Of a DNA stretch of 64,000 nt, positions 10,624 to 20,743 are shown piece by piece. A program made the translations under genes and the position numbers. Within the stretch, counting starts at the first letter, position 1. Each line of letters opens with the position of its first letter. Under the pieces are notes generated by a model. It made no database searches. It was not told the origin of the DNA and was given only the letters and a program-made list of their open reading frames with translations. This stretch comes from a bacterium. GTDB lineage: Bacteria; Zhuqueibacterota; Zhuqueibacteria; Residuimicrobiales; Krinioviventaceae. The stretch spans positions 5,664,001-5,728,000 of the forward strand of contig OY843751.1 of the NCBI GenBank assembly GCA_963693055.1, in the 5' to 3' direction.

Positions 10624-12051
10624 GTGTTTATACTTTGGCGATATATATTAAAAGAACATGTTGGGCCTTTTCTTTTTGCCATGAGCATTATCACACTGGT
10701 CTTTCTTATGAACCTGGTGTTCCGCGAATTGGGCCGAATTCTAAGTAAAGGGCTGGAATTTAGCCTGATTCTTGAATTCTTTTTCCTCAACATGGCCTGG
10801 ATCATTGCGCTTGCTGTACCCATGGCAGTTCTGGTAGCCACGCTAATGGCTTTTGGACGTCTTTCAGGAGACAGCGAAATTATTGCCATGAAAGCCGGCG
10901 GCATCAGCATCATTCACATGATTATGCCGGTTGTCATTACATCAATCGGTCTGGCACTTTCACTGATATGGTTCAACAATCATATATTACCCGAATTCAA
11001 CCACCGCACCCGCTTGCTTGCAAATGATATTGCCCGCAAGCGACCTACACTCAATCTGGAAGCCGGGGTGGTTATGAAAGACATTCCTAATATCAACATT
11101 CTGGTACAGAGTCTTGAAGAAACTCAGGATACTGCCTATGTCAAATCCATTTGGATTGAAGACAATCGCAAAAAAGAAAAGAGCAAATATATCTTTAGCA
11201 AAAGTGGCAAAATCTTTGCCAATCCTGCCACTGCGCACCTGGTCATGGAACTTTATGACGGTGAAATGCATGAATTAGACCTCAAAACCATGGAAAAATA
11301 CACCCGGTTGACCTTTCCGCAGCAGCGGTTGACCATAGAAATACCGGGAATGTCGCTTGAGCGCAGTTCAAGCGAACACAGAGGTGACCGCGAAAAAAGC
11401 GCAAAAATGATGATGGAAGAGGTTCGTCAAAACCATGAAATGATCAAAGAGCGCTATAACCGTGTTGACAACCTGATTACCAATTACTTTGAAAAACATG
11501 TTCCCCTGGAACTTGACGGTGCAACGAATCCCATGGCGCCCCCGATCCCTAACAATCCTTTGATCAGACACAAAGTTATGCCTCTGTCTCCAGAAGGTCG
11601 ATTAAACAAAATCAAACAGGACAATATAAACCTGAAAAGACAAATCACTGCCGAAATGAACATTGTCAACAATCTTGAACGAAGCAATTATAAATTAATG
11701 GTAGAAGTTCATAAAAAATATTCAATCCCCTTTGCCTGTATTGTCTTTGTACTGGTGGGTGCTCCTCTGGGCATTATGGCCCGTAAGGGCAATATGGCTG
11801 TTGCGGGCGGTATCAGCTTTACTTTCTTTTTAATTTATTGGGTTTCACTCATTGGCGGCGAGGAACTTGCAGACAATAAACTGATTTCTCCCTTTATGGC
11901 CATGTGGCTTGCCAATATCATTGTTGGGGCCGGAGGAGTATACCTGGTTGTGCATTCCATCCATGAAGCAACTTTTATCAACTGGACAGCCATCCCCGCC
12001 CTATTTAAAAGGCTGTTTAAATCCAAAAAGAGAAAGACACAACAGGCATGA
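10624..12051 (+). CDS. lptF: LPS export ABC transporter permease LptF
   Basis: YjgP/YjgQ family motifs PMAVLVATLMAFGRLSGDSEIIAMKAGG and EVHKKYSIPFACIVFVLVGAPLG. Confidence 0.9.
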   Translation: MFILWRYILKEHVGPFLFAMSIITLVFLMNLVFRELGRILSKGLEFSLILEFFFLNMAWIIALAVPMAVLVATLMAFGRLSGDSEIIAMKAGGISIIHMIMPVVITSIGLALSLIWFNNHILPEFNHRTRLLANDIARKRPTLNLEAGVVMKDIPNINILVQSLEETQDTAYVKSIWIEDNRKKEKSKYIFSKSGKIFANPATAHLVMELYDGEMHELDLKTMEKYTRLTFPQQRLTIEIPGMSLERSSSEHRGDREKSAKMMMEEVRQNHEMIKERYNRVDNLITNYFEKHVPLELDGATNPMAPPIPNNPLIRHKVMPLSPEGRLNKIKQDNINLKRQITAEMNIVNNLERSNYKLMVEVHKKYSIPFACIVFVLVGAPLGIMARKGNMAVAGGISFTFFLIYWVSLIGGEELADNKLISPFMAMWLANIIVGAGGVYLVVHSIHEATFINWTAIPALFKRLFKSKKRKTQQA

Positions 12052-13124
12052 AAATTCTTGATCGATATATATCCCGCCAGTTTATCGGCATTGTTTTGTT
12101 TGCTCTGCTCGCCTTTATCACCCTGTTTGTTGTGGTTGATCTTGTAGAAAAAATGGACAATTTTATTGGCAGTGATGTTCCCAAACATATCATTGGGTTG
12201 TATTATCTTTATACCATACCTTATTATATTGTGCTTACGCTTCCCATTGCCATGCTGCTTGCCAGCTTGTTCAGTCTTGGCAATATGGCACGAAGAAACG
12301 AGATTATTGTTATGAAAGCAGCCGGCATGTCTTTGAACAGAATTCTCTTTCCGGTGTTTATTATTGCGTTTTTAACTAGTCTGGGTTCTCTGGCCTTTTC
12401 CGAATATGTTATGCCACGAGCTACTGAAAAACGAGAAATCATCAACAACGAATATATTGAAAAAGACAAACAACTCTGGCGTACCCGCATAGACAATGTG
12501 TATATGAAAGACCCCTCCGGGAAACAGATCAGCATTTTTCATTTCTACGCATCAAAAAATTCTGGCGACAAGGTCAGTGTCAAAGAATTCAAGGGTGAAA
12601 CCCTGGCAAAACGAATTGATGCCAGAAAAATGGTGTGGTCTGATAGTGTTTGGATTTTATACGACGGGTATGTACGTGAATTCGCGTCTGACCAGGAAAT
12701 TGCCCAACCTTTTTCAGAAAAAATTCTAACAAATTTTTCTCTAACCCCTACAGATCTTTCCAAAGTCTTGAAAAAAGCTGAAGAAATGTCTTTTGCTGAG
12801 CTTAAAGAATTTATTGAAAAAGTGAGATTAAATGGCGGAGACACCAACCGGTGGATGGTTGATCTCTATCTGAAACTGTCTATCCCTTTTGCCAGCTTTA
12901 TCATTGTGTTGTTTGGTGCTCCCCTGGCATCACACAAACGCAGAGGCAGTGCCATGACAGGTTTTGGAATAAGCCTTGCCATCTGTTTTATCTATTTCGG
13001 CATTGTAAAAACATTTCAAACCCTGGGACACAATGGGCATATATCTCCATTTTTTGCGGCCTGGATTGCCAATATTATCTTTGGAATTGGTGGAGTCATT
13101 ACACTGATCAAAGCCCCCAAGTAA
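12048..13124 (+). CDS. lptG: LPS export ABC transporter permease LptG
   Basis: MKILDRYI start, RRNEIIVMKAAG and AAWIANIIF; overlaps the lptF stop codon (ATGA). Confidence 0.9.
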   Translation: MKILDRYISRQFIGIVLFALLAFITLFVVVDLVEKMDNFIGSDVPKHIIGLYYLYTIPYYIVLTLPIAMLLASLFSLGNMARRNEIIVMKAAGMSLNRILFPVFIIAFLTSLGSLAFSEYVMPRATEKREIINNEYIEKDKQLWRTRIDNVYMKDPSGKQISIFHFYASKNSGDKVSVKEFKGETLAKRIDARKMVWSDSVWILYDGYVREFASDQEIAQPFSEKILTNFSLTPTDLSKVLKKAEEMSFAELKEFIEKVRLNGGDTNRWMVDLYLKLSIPFASFIIVLFGAPLASHKRRGSAMTGFGISLAICFIYFGIVKTFQTLGHNGHISPFFAAWIANIIFGIGGVITLIKAPK

Positions 13125-13125
13125 T

Positions 13126-14094
13126 CTATTCGTCATCTTTTCTGTCCATAAATAACCGGTCAAGCAGCTTTTTTACATGTTCGGTATTGTATAATATCTT
13201 TGAATCTTTAACAAATTCCGCATCCTGTCCTGTCTTTAGCTGATAATACAATGCATTCAAAAACCGTTTCATATCATCACGAGGCAGCAAAGGTTCATAC
13301 TCGTATACACGGTTCCTGAGATTTTTGGAACTCACCTCGACTTCCGCCACAAACAACATGACCTTGTATTCCGGAGAAACAATTTTGCGCTTCAAAATGC
13401 CTCTGTCTACAAGCGCAGATAAAATCCGGTCCATATCCTGCTTTGACATTTTAATACTGGTGTCCATCTGCGCGTAAATGTTCTGACCGGTAATACGGTG
13501 ATGTTTCCAGATGAGCTCAAGCGCCTCAAGCTCCGCCTGGGTGGGTATAAAATCCAGTTTAGGTTCCAGTGTACCGCCAACCAACTCGGAGACTTTTTTC
13601 GCTCCCTGAAACAGCATGCGGGGCAGATTAAACTGGTCAGGAGGCAGGTCTAACCGGTCTTTTTTGTAAAAAGGGGATTGCTGTTTGGCGATGAACAGAG
13701 AATCCCGAACCGGAATGTAATCTCCCTTTGCCAAATAGACCGTATCGATCATAAATAACGTATCATGAGTAACATGATAAATAGAATCTATGGGCTGCGT
13801 TACTTGCTCCGGGATTGTATATGGATCAGACGATTGGGTTTCAGACTCAGAAACCTGAAGCGTCGGGCTCACAGGTATATCGGGTTCCGATTCAACAATT
13901 GTTTCAGGTGGAGCGGATTGATCTACGCTCGTTTGCAGAGCTGGTTTCAATACCGACATTTCAAGCGCCCGAGACAATTCAGGATGCAAAACCAGCACAG
14001 GATTTTCCCGGAACCGTATATTAAACAGCACCAACACAATCACTGTATGGACCAAAACAGAAACCAATAAAGCTGTTAACAGGGGTCTACTCAT
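13126..14094 (-). CDS. Membrane-anchored protein with Pro/Ser-rich linker and C-terminal BlaI/MecI-like winged helix
   Basis: N-terminal TM helix containing SVLVH. C-terminal PTQAELEALELIW...ILSALVDRGILKRK...VYEYEPLL. Confidence 0.6.
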   Translation of the reverse strand: MSRPLLTALLVSVLVHTVIVLVLFNIRFRENPVLVLHPELSRALEMSVLKPALQTSVDQSAPPETIVESEPDIPVSPTLQVSESETQSSDPYTIPEQVTQPIDSIYHVTHDTLFMIDTVYLAKGDYIPVRDSLFIAKQQSPFYKKDRLDLPPDQFNLPRMLFQGAKKVSELVGGTLEPKLDFIPTQAELEALELIWKHHRITGQNIYAQMDTSIKMSKQDMDRILSALVDRGILKRKIVSPEYKVMLFVAEVEVSSKNLRNRVYEYEPLLPRDDMKRFLNALYYQLKTGQDAEFVKDSKILYNTEHVKKLLDRLFMDRKDDE

Positions 14095-14190
14095 AAAACC
14101 AATCTACTAAAGTTATGTATTCAATGAAAATAACGGGGCCGGGTTCCCTTATAATATTCATTTATTGACATTTCTTAAATATAAAAACCC

Positions 14191-14219
14191 TTGATTTTCT
14201 ATGCAATTACATCTACTTT
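14191..14219 (+). promoter_or_regulatory. Putative sigma-70 promoter for the cutA-tonB-exbBD operon
   Basis: TTGATT-N17-TACTTT, ending 26 bp upstream of ATG 14246. Confidence 0.45.
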
Positions 14220-14245
14220 ATAAATTAAAAAAATCAGGAAACTTT

Positions 14246-14563
14246 ATGGAATCATTTATCGTTGTATTTACAACATTTAAAGACAAAACCGAAGCAGAAA
14301 AGACAATTCACAAACTCTTAAAAGCCCGGCTTATTGCCTGTGCAAATATTATAGACAACGTTGATTCTTTTTTTCACTGGAACAGCCAGGTTGAGAATGA
14401 AAAGGAAACCATGGTTGTCATTAAAACGCAAAGAAAACTGCTGGAAGAACTGGTTGAATGGATCCAGACCAACCATACTTATCAGGTACCGGAAATCATT
14501 GCCCTGCCCATTATTGGTGGTTCTGCGGAATACCTGAACTGGATCAAAGAAGAGACCACTTGA
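14246..14563 (+). CDS. cutA: Divalent-cation tolerance protein CutA
   Basis: RLIACANI, SFFHW and HTYQVPEIIALPI...YLNWI. Confidence 0.93.
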   Translation: MESFIVVFTTFKDKTEAEKTIHKLLKARLIACANIIDNVDSFFHWNSQVENEKETMVVIKTQRKLLEELVEWIQTNHTYQVPEIIALPIIGGSAEYLNWIKEETT

Positions 14564-14648
14564 TTAACCGGACCGTAACTAATCGGGAATAATAACGCAT
14601 TGTCCTTTGTCAAATCACAAAGGCATCGCTGAATAAATTGGAAAACTC

Positions 14649-15584
14649 TTGTTTCAAAAACATCGTATAAAAATAGCAATAGTCATATCCATATTATTGC
14701 ACATATTGATTCTGGCTTTTTACAAGCCGCTTTCAGTTATTTTACAACTTGATTCCAAGGCAGAATCAGTACATACAGAACCTCTGGTATTCGAATTTGA
14801 AGATACTGCAAAACCCAAAGAGGTTGTAGAGACTCTGGAAGAAGCCCGCGTAGATAAAGCGCCGGATGACGCGCAATTGTATTCCGACAAAAATGCCCGT
14901 GCCCAGGATATGTATGCGGATAACAATCTGCCAAATGGCATGTCGTTCAGCGAAGGTGTTTCCGATTATCGTACGTTTGCGGGTAAACAACAAGCCGGTG
15001 AACAGATGGAAACCCCGTCGCAAGATAAACCCACTGAAAATTTTGGTCAGGACGACCAGTTCTCAGAACAAAAAGAACAATCCGAAGCGTATAAAGACAG
15101 CGATCCCCTTTTACAGCAACAGACCGAATTTTCTAAACAAATGCGACCAAAGTTCACGAAGGATGTATTGTTTGGACAACAGCAAAGCAACAAAAGCGGT
15201 ATGCTGGGCTATACGGATGACGCCAATTGGAACAATCAGGAATCCAGCGCGGATAATCTGGGAGGAATCTCTCTCAGCACTTATAACTGGAATTACGCAC
15301 CATATATCAATTACTTGAAACGCAAAGTTCAGGAAAAAATATATCCGCCATCTGCCTTTTATTCGGTAAGCGGCATGAAAAGTGAAGTTGTGGTCAATAT
15401 GGTTGTTCATCGGGATGGTACAATTGAAGAACCACAACTGGTTGCAAATGACGGACATGAATCATTTATTTCTACAAGTGTAAACGCTTTAAAGGCGGCA
15501 TCGCCATATAAACCGCTTCCGGATGATTTCCCGGAAGATCGGCTGGTTATCACATGGACCTTTGGTTACCAGAATTATCGTTAA
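14649..15584 (+). CDS. TonB/TolA-family energy transducer
   Basis: TM helix with SILLH (SxxxH), charged linker, TonB_C-like C-terminus (VHRDGTI...ALKAASPYKPLP); directly upstream of exbB/exbD. Confidence 0.8.
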   Translation: MFQKHRIKIAIVISILLHILILAFYKPLSVILQLDSKAESVHTEPLVFEFEDTAKPKEVVETLEEARVDKAPDDAQLYSDKNARAQDMYADNNLPNGMSFSEGVSDYRTFAGKQQAGEQMETPSQDKPTENFGQDDQFSEQKEQSEAYKDSDPLLQQQTEFSKQMRPKFTKDVLFGQQQSNKSGMLGYTDDANWNNQESSADNLGGISLSTYNWNYAPYINYLKRKVQEKIYPPSAFYSVSGMKSEVVVNMVVHRDGTIEEPQLVANDGHESFISTSVNALKAASPYKPLPDDFPEDRLVITWTFGYQNYR

Positions 15585-15608
15585 CCCGGAAACAGAACAG
15601 GACATCTC

Positions 15609-16259
15609 ATGACAGAAGCTATTTCATTTCTCCAAAAAGGCGGAATTATAATGTATCCGCTGCTGCTGTGCTCAATTATCGGCCTGGCAATTGTTATTGA
15701 AAAATTTATCAGCCTGCGCAAAGGCAAGATTTTAATACCGGAAATCATCTCCGTTGTAGATTCCATCAACAGTACAGAAGATATAAAGCTGGCTACAAAT
15801 ATTTGCAAAAAAAACACAGGCCCGTTGGCTAACATTATTCTGACCGGATTACAGCACCAGGCGGAGCCGATGGAAGAGATAAAAGAGTTGATCAATGATG
15901 AAGGCCGTCAACAAGTACGCGTACTTGAGCGCGGTTTGCCCATTCTGGAAACGCTTGCTGGAATCTCTCCACTGCTTGGACTTTTGGGTACGGTAGTAGG
16001 TATGATCAAAGTCTTTACGGTTATCTCTACACAAGGTACAGGTCAGGCAAGTCTGCTTGCGGGTGGTATCTCTGAAGCACTTATCACCACGGCTACGGGC
16101 CTTGTTATTGGTATCCCTCTGCTGGTTGCGTTCAACTATTTTACCAACCGTGCTGAAAACTATATCCTCGATATCGAAAAATACTCTACCACTTTGCTGC
16201 AAAAGATCAGACTGATCAACAGTCCAAAACCGGAAAGTGCGGTCAGTGATGCAGTTTAA
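15609..16259 (+). CDS. exbB: MotA/TolQ/ExbB proton channel protein
   Basis: SPLLGLLGTVVGMIKVF and GGISEALITTATGL. Confidence 0.9.
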   Translation: MTEAISFLQKGGIIMYPLLLCSIIGLAIVIEKFISLRKGKILIPEIISVVDSINSTEDIKLATNICKKNTGPLANIILTGLQHQAEPMEEIKELINDEGRQQVRVLERGLPILETLAGISPLLGLLGTVVGMIKVFTVISTQGTGQASLLAGGISEALITTATGLVIGIPLLVAFNYFTNRAENYILDIEKYSTTLLQKIRLINSPKPESAVSDAV

Positions 16260-16656
16260 GGAAAAAAAGAAAAAATCACTGGGTATAAACATTACAAGCC
16301 TGATCGATGTCATGTTTATATTGCTTATCTTTTTTATGGTATCTTCCAGCTTTGTTGAACAACCGGGTATGAAGCTCGAATTGCCGGGCATTCAAAGCAA
16401 AGAAGTGGCTCGTGTTGAAAATCTGGTTATGTTTATTGCCCCAGATGGCAGCATGTCATTGGGAAGTGAGCCTGTCACCATGGAAAACCTGGGTGCAACA
16501 ATTGATAAAATGATACCCGAGATTGAAGAAAAAACCCTGATCCTGAAAGCTGACAAATCCGCTGAACATGGCGTGATTGTCCATGTTATGGATATTGCCA
16601 AAAGGCATGGATTGAAAAAAATCGTTATTGGTACTAAAATTGAGGACATGCAATAA
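16249..16656 (+). CDS. exbD: Biopolymer transporter ExbD/TolR
   Basis: INITSLIDVMFILLIFFMV and LKADK...VHVMD. Confidence 0.9.
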   Translation: MQFKEKKKKSLGINITSLIDVMFILLIFFMVSSSFVEQPGMKLELPGIQSKEVARVENLVMFIAPDGSMSLGSEPVTMENLGATIDKMIPEIEEKTLILKADKSAEHGVIVHVMDIAKRHGLKKIVIGTKIEDMQ

Positions 16657-16659
16657 AGC

Positions 16660-19656
16660 ATGACCATTAAACCCAACACCCGGCTGTTTCGGTTCTTGTT
16701 TGCAGCAGTTGTTCTGACACTGCTGGGAAGTATTAGCAATTGTGTAAATGAGCCCGCCAACCTCTCTTCTTTTAGTAACAAAGAAAACTGGAAACTGATC
16801 TCTGGTATTGGATCATGGCAAAAAGATCCTGATAGCGGAGAAATGTGCCTCACGGTAACCGGGGGCGACAAAGCCGGTGCCACCAATTATTGGATGCTTG
16901 ACTATTCTTTTCTACCCAACACACTCTATAAAATCTCTTGCAAGGTGAAAAATTCTCCGGGTGCGTCTGGCGGCAGGACCATTATTGGCTCCAGCATCTC
17001 AAATCTCGACATTGATGCGTCCGAACGATGGCACCAACATGATTTCTATTTTTACACCCCCTCCAAAGTCAATAATCATTACCTCCGCTTTGGACAATGG
17101 CAGGTTAATGGTACGGTCTGGTTTAAAGATATTGAGCTACACCCGGCAAAAGCCGACTTTATAAAACACAAAGGCTTGACCATAGGCAATGGAGAATTGA
17201 TCAAAGACTCGACCTTTACTTCAAACTGCCATTATATGAGTAAAGACTCTAATTTCTCTCCTTCATTATTCGATTTCAATGTTTATTTTAACACCAGCCG
17301 CTGGGACCTCAAGCTGGGGAGTTATATCATTTACAAACATAATCCCGGCGGCCAAACAATATCTCAAAAAGACGCACAGATAACCCTGATTATTGGGTAT
17401 TATACAGGTGGAGAGCTGAATATAGATGCGGGAACAGATAATGAGAACTGGACTCCCCTTGGGTCCATCAACAGCACGGGGCGATTCACATTCCAGCTTC
17501 CCCGGGAGCTTTTCACCGCCAAAGAAATCTATATTCGTCTATCAACAAGCGGCATAAATCCCCGCGTTCAGATCAATGGTTATACCTATCAATCAACTCT
17601 AAGTCAATCATTTGATTCAATAACCGGCAAAACCGTTTACACAGACTGCCTGACAACCAGTAAAAACCTGTCAGCCTGGTTTACTGCAAATACAGAATCC
17701 GTACAATCGCTTGTCCTGCAAAACCTTTCAGACAAGACAAATATTTGTAAAATAATAAATGCTGTTAATTCCAAGGTCCTGAACGCAAACCTGATTCTGA
17801 AACCGCTCGAAGCTAAAGAAATAAATCTTTCATTGACCCCGGATTCAAAGCAATCGCTTATTATCAAGTCATCAGACAAGAAAAATCCATTGCAAATAGA
17901 ACATTCTCCCCGCGTCAATCATCTTGACCGGACTGATTATGGAAAATTAATAGATCAAACCAGTGCTTATGCCTTGTGGTGGACCGATGCAACTCAAAAA
18001 GTCAGTAAAACACGTAGAGTTCCCTCTGAAAAAGCGCCCAAAGTCCTTATGTATTCCGCAAAAAATGAATATGAAGCGTTTCAATTTGTAGTAAATGCAT
18101 CTAAACCACTGAAAACTGTCATTGTCAATATGAGTGATCTTGTGCATCGTAATGGAAATAGAATCCCTCAAGCGCTTGTACAGATATTGAATGTAAAATA
18201 TGTTGATGTTACCCGCCCTACAGATTCTTTGGGAAAAGCAGACAGCTGGCCAGATCCTCTTCCTCCTCTACTAGAGCCCTTTTTTGTCAAATCAGGACAA
18301 AATCATCCCATTTGGGTGCAAATAAAAATACCCGCGTCAGCAAGTGCAGGTGATTATTTCGGAACTTTGCAAGTCAGCATTGATGGTATCAAGAGCAAAA
18401 TACCTGTTATTCTACATGTTTGGGACTTTACCCTGCCGGAAGAAACCCATCTTCAAACAGCCATAAGCTTGTATACATCCTATATTATGCAGTATCACCA
18501 TTTGTCAAATTCCGACAATATCGGGCCGGTACTTGAAAAATATCTCAAGAATTTCAAAGAACACCGTATTTCTCCATATGATCCTTTTACCCTTGGCAAT
18601 ATTGACGTACAGTTTGATACGCAAGCGCTTCAAGCCAAAGTCAATTTTGAAAAATTTGATATACTTGCCCACAAATATCTTGACCAATGGAATTTCAACT
18701 CTTTTCGTGTTATATTAAAAGGTCTGGGGGCGGGCAGTTTTCACAGTCGTGAATCCGGAGCAATTGGCCCAATTAAACAAGGCAGCCATGAATGGAATAC
18801 CCTCATGACCGACTATCTGGTCAAGGTACAAAACCATCTCGAAGAAAAAGGCTGGCTAAACAAGGCTTATATTTATTGGTTTGATGAACCTGAACCGGAT
18901 GATTACGCGTTTATTAAAAACACTCATAAATTCATCAAAAAAGCCGCTCCAAAACTGCCAATCATGTTAACAGAAGAGCCGGTTCCGGAATTATATAATT
19001 ATGTTGATATCTGGTGCCCTATAACCAACCATTACAACCACGCACCAGCAGTCCAACGACAAAATCTGGGCGAGCGGGTCTGGTGGTATATCTGTTCAGG
19101 CCCCAAAGAACCCTATTGCGGATTGTTCATTGACCACCCTGCTGTGGAATTACGTACCTGGATCTGGCAAACCTGGCAAAACAAGCTGGATGGAATTCTA
19201 ATATGGAGCGCAAATTACTGGAACAGCGAGGCGGCATATCCTCCGCCACAAATGCAAAATCCATATAAAGATCCCATGAGTTATGTCCATAATTATGGAT
19301 TAAAACCCGGTGACATCCAATATTGGGGAAATGGTGACGGTAGATTTATTTATCCACCCGAATCTGTGTTTAAGACAAAAGCAATAAATCTGCAAGATCC
19401 GGTTAGCTCTATTCGTTGGGAAATACTGCGGGAAGGTTTGGAAGATTATGAATATTTCTGGCTGCTCAACCAGCTTGTTATTCAAGCAAAAAATAAATAT
19501 ATTGACTCTCAACTGATTAAACAGGCAGAACAATTGCTAATAGTGCCGGAATCTGTTTCAAAATCACTAACGGATTTTAACAGCACATCCGGTCCTATTT
19601 ACGAACATCGTAAAGCAATAGCCGAAATGATAGAGAAACTGGAAAGCGCACTTTAA
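16660..19656 (+). CDS. GH123-like/DUF4091 glycoside hydrolase lipoprotein with N-terminal carbohydrate-binding-like domain
   Basis: Lipobox ISNC; AKNEYEAFQ, WPDPLPP, YWFDEP, WWYICSGP, GNGDGRFIYP and SIRWEILREGLEDYEY. Confidence 0.75.
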   Translation: MTIKPNTRLFRFLFAAVVLTLLGSISNCVNEPANLSSFSNKENWKLISGIGSWQKDPDSGEMCLTVTGGDKAGATNYWMLDYSFLPNTLYKISCKVKNSPGASGGRTIIGSSISNLDIDASERWHQHDFYFYTPSKVNNHYLRFGQWQVNGTVWFKDIELHPAKADFIKHKGLTIGNGELIKDSTFTSNCHYMSKDSNFSPSLFDFNVYFNTSRWDLKLGSYIIYKHNPGGQTISQKDAQITLIIGYYTGGELNIDAGTDNENWTPLGSINSTGRFTFQLPRELFTAKEIYIRLSTSGINPRVQINGYTYQSTLSQSFDSITGKTVYTDCLTTSKNLSAWFTANTESVQSLVLQNLSDKTNICKIINAVNSKVLNANLILKPLEAKEINLSLTPDSKQSLIIKSSDKKNPLQIEHSPRVNHLDRTDYGKLIDQTSAYALWWTDATQKVSKTRRVPSEKAPKVLMYSAKNEYEAFQFVVNASKPLKTVIVNMSDLVHRNGNRIPQALVQILNVKYVDVTRPTDSLGKADSWPDPLPPLLEPFFVKSGQNHPIWVQIKIPASASAGDYFGTLQVSIDGIKSKIPVILHVWDFTLPEETHLQTAISLYTSYIMQYHHLSNSDNIGPVLEKYLKNFKEHRISPYDPFTLGNIDVQFDTQALQAKVNFEKFDILAHKYLDQWNFNSFRVILKGLGAGSFHSRESGAIGPIKQGSHEWNTLMTDYLVKVQNHLEEKGWLNKAYIYWFDEPEPDDYAFIKNTHKFIKKAAPKLPIMLTEEPVPELYNYVDIWCPITNHYNHAPAVQRQNLGERVWWYICSGPKEPYCGLFIDHPAVELRTWIWQTWQNKLDGILIWSANYWNSEAAYPPPQMQNPYKDPMSYVHNYGLKPGDIQYWGNGDGRFIYPPESVFKTKAINLQDPVSSIRWEILREGLEDYEYFWLLNQLVIQAKNKYIDSQLIKQAEQLLIVPESVSKSLTDFNSTSGPIYEHRKAIAEMIEKLESAL

Positions 19657-20600
19657 TGGAAACCCTGGCTTTTACCGCATCAATTGTTGCCCCGGTATTT
19701 ATTCTGGTATTTGTTGGTTATTTTATAAAAAGACGCGGTTTGATTAATGAAAACTTTAACAGGACTGCATCCAAAGTTGTTTTCAAAGTAACCCTGCCGG
19801 CCCTTGTCTTTCAAAAAATCGCCACTACAAATTACAGAGATGTATTCGACATTAAACTGGTGCTCTATTCCAACATTGCCATTCTGGCATTTTTTATCAT
19901 TTCATGGATTATTGGTGTGTTGGTTACCCGAGATGGGAAAAATCAGGGTGCTTTTATTCAGGGAGCATTTCGCAGCAATTTTTCCATCATTGGCTTTGCG
20001 CTCATTAACAACGCCTTTGGCCCCGATGTATTGGCACGGGCAGCAATTATGCTGGCATTCATCATGCCGCTTTATAACGTACTCTGTATTATAGCACTAA
20101 CGGTCCCCTTGCATAAAGAAGGCCCAACGGATATAAAAAAGATACTGATCGATATTGTAACCAATCCATTGATTATAGCTGTATTGGTATCGCTACCCTT
20201 TTCATTCCTGGGCACACACTTTCATCCCATCATTTCAACAACAATCGGCTATCTTGCACAGCTTACATTGCCCCTGGCATTGCTTTCAATTGGAGGATCG
20301 CTCAGTTTTCATCGGGTAAAACAAAATCTGGGACTTGTGCTGGGTTCTTCATCAATTAAAATAGTTTTTATGCCGCTGCTGCTTACCTGGACAGCCGTAT
20401 TGTTTGGATTTAAAAGTACTGATCTGGGAATTCTGTTCTTTTTGTTTGGCTGCCCCACTGCTGTTGTGAGCTATATTATGGCCGATGCAATGGGAAGCAA
20501 TGGCAAGTTGGCAGGTGATATTGTATTTTTTACAACCCTGGGTTCAATCTTTACGCTTTCTGCAGGCATTATCTTGTTAAAAGCATTGGGGTTTTTCTAA
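19656..20600 (+). CDS. AEC (auxin efflux carrier) family transporter
   Basis: About 10 TM helices; VFKVTLPAL, FRSNFSIIG, PLALLSIG and PTAVVSYIMA. Confidence 0.88.
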   Translation: METLAFTASIVAPVFILVFVGYFIKRRGLINENFNRTASKVVFKVTLPALVFQKIATTNYRDVFDIKLVLYSNIAILAFFIISWIIGVLVTRDGKNQGAFIQGAFRSNFSIIGFALINNAFGPDVLARAAIMLAFIMPLYNVLCIIALTVPLHKEGPTDIKKILIDIVTNPLIIAVLVSLPFSFLGTHFHPIISTTIGYLAQLTLPLALLSIGGSLSFHRVKQNLGLVLGSSSIKIVFMPLLLTWTAVLFGFKSTDLGILFFLFGCPTAVVSYIMADAMGSNGKLAGDIVFFTTLGSIFTLSAGIILLKALGFF

Positions 20601-20682
20601 AACAATCACACCGTTGAAAGAGTAATGATATTCCAGACTCATATCCTTGTTTGCGTGAGTACACCAACTTGTAAACAAATAA

Positions 20683-20720
20683 AAATCCCGGTACATTGAA
20701 TATTCCATGAACCGGGATTT
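20683..20720. terminator. Probable bidirectional terminator hairpin
   Basis: AAATCCCGGT...ACCGGGATTT inverted repeat between convergent genes. Confidence 0.65.
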
Positions 20721-20743
20721 AATATAATATCAGAAAATTTTCC

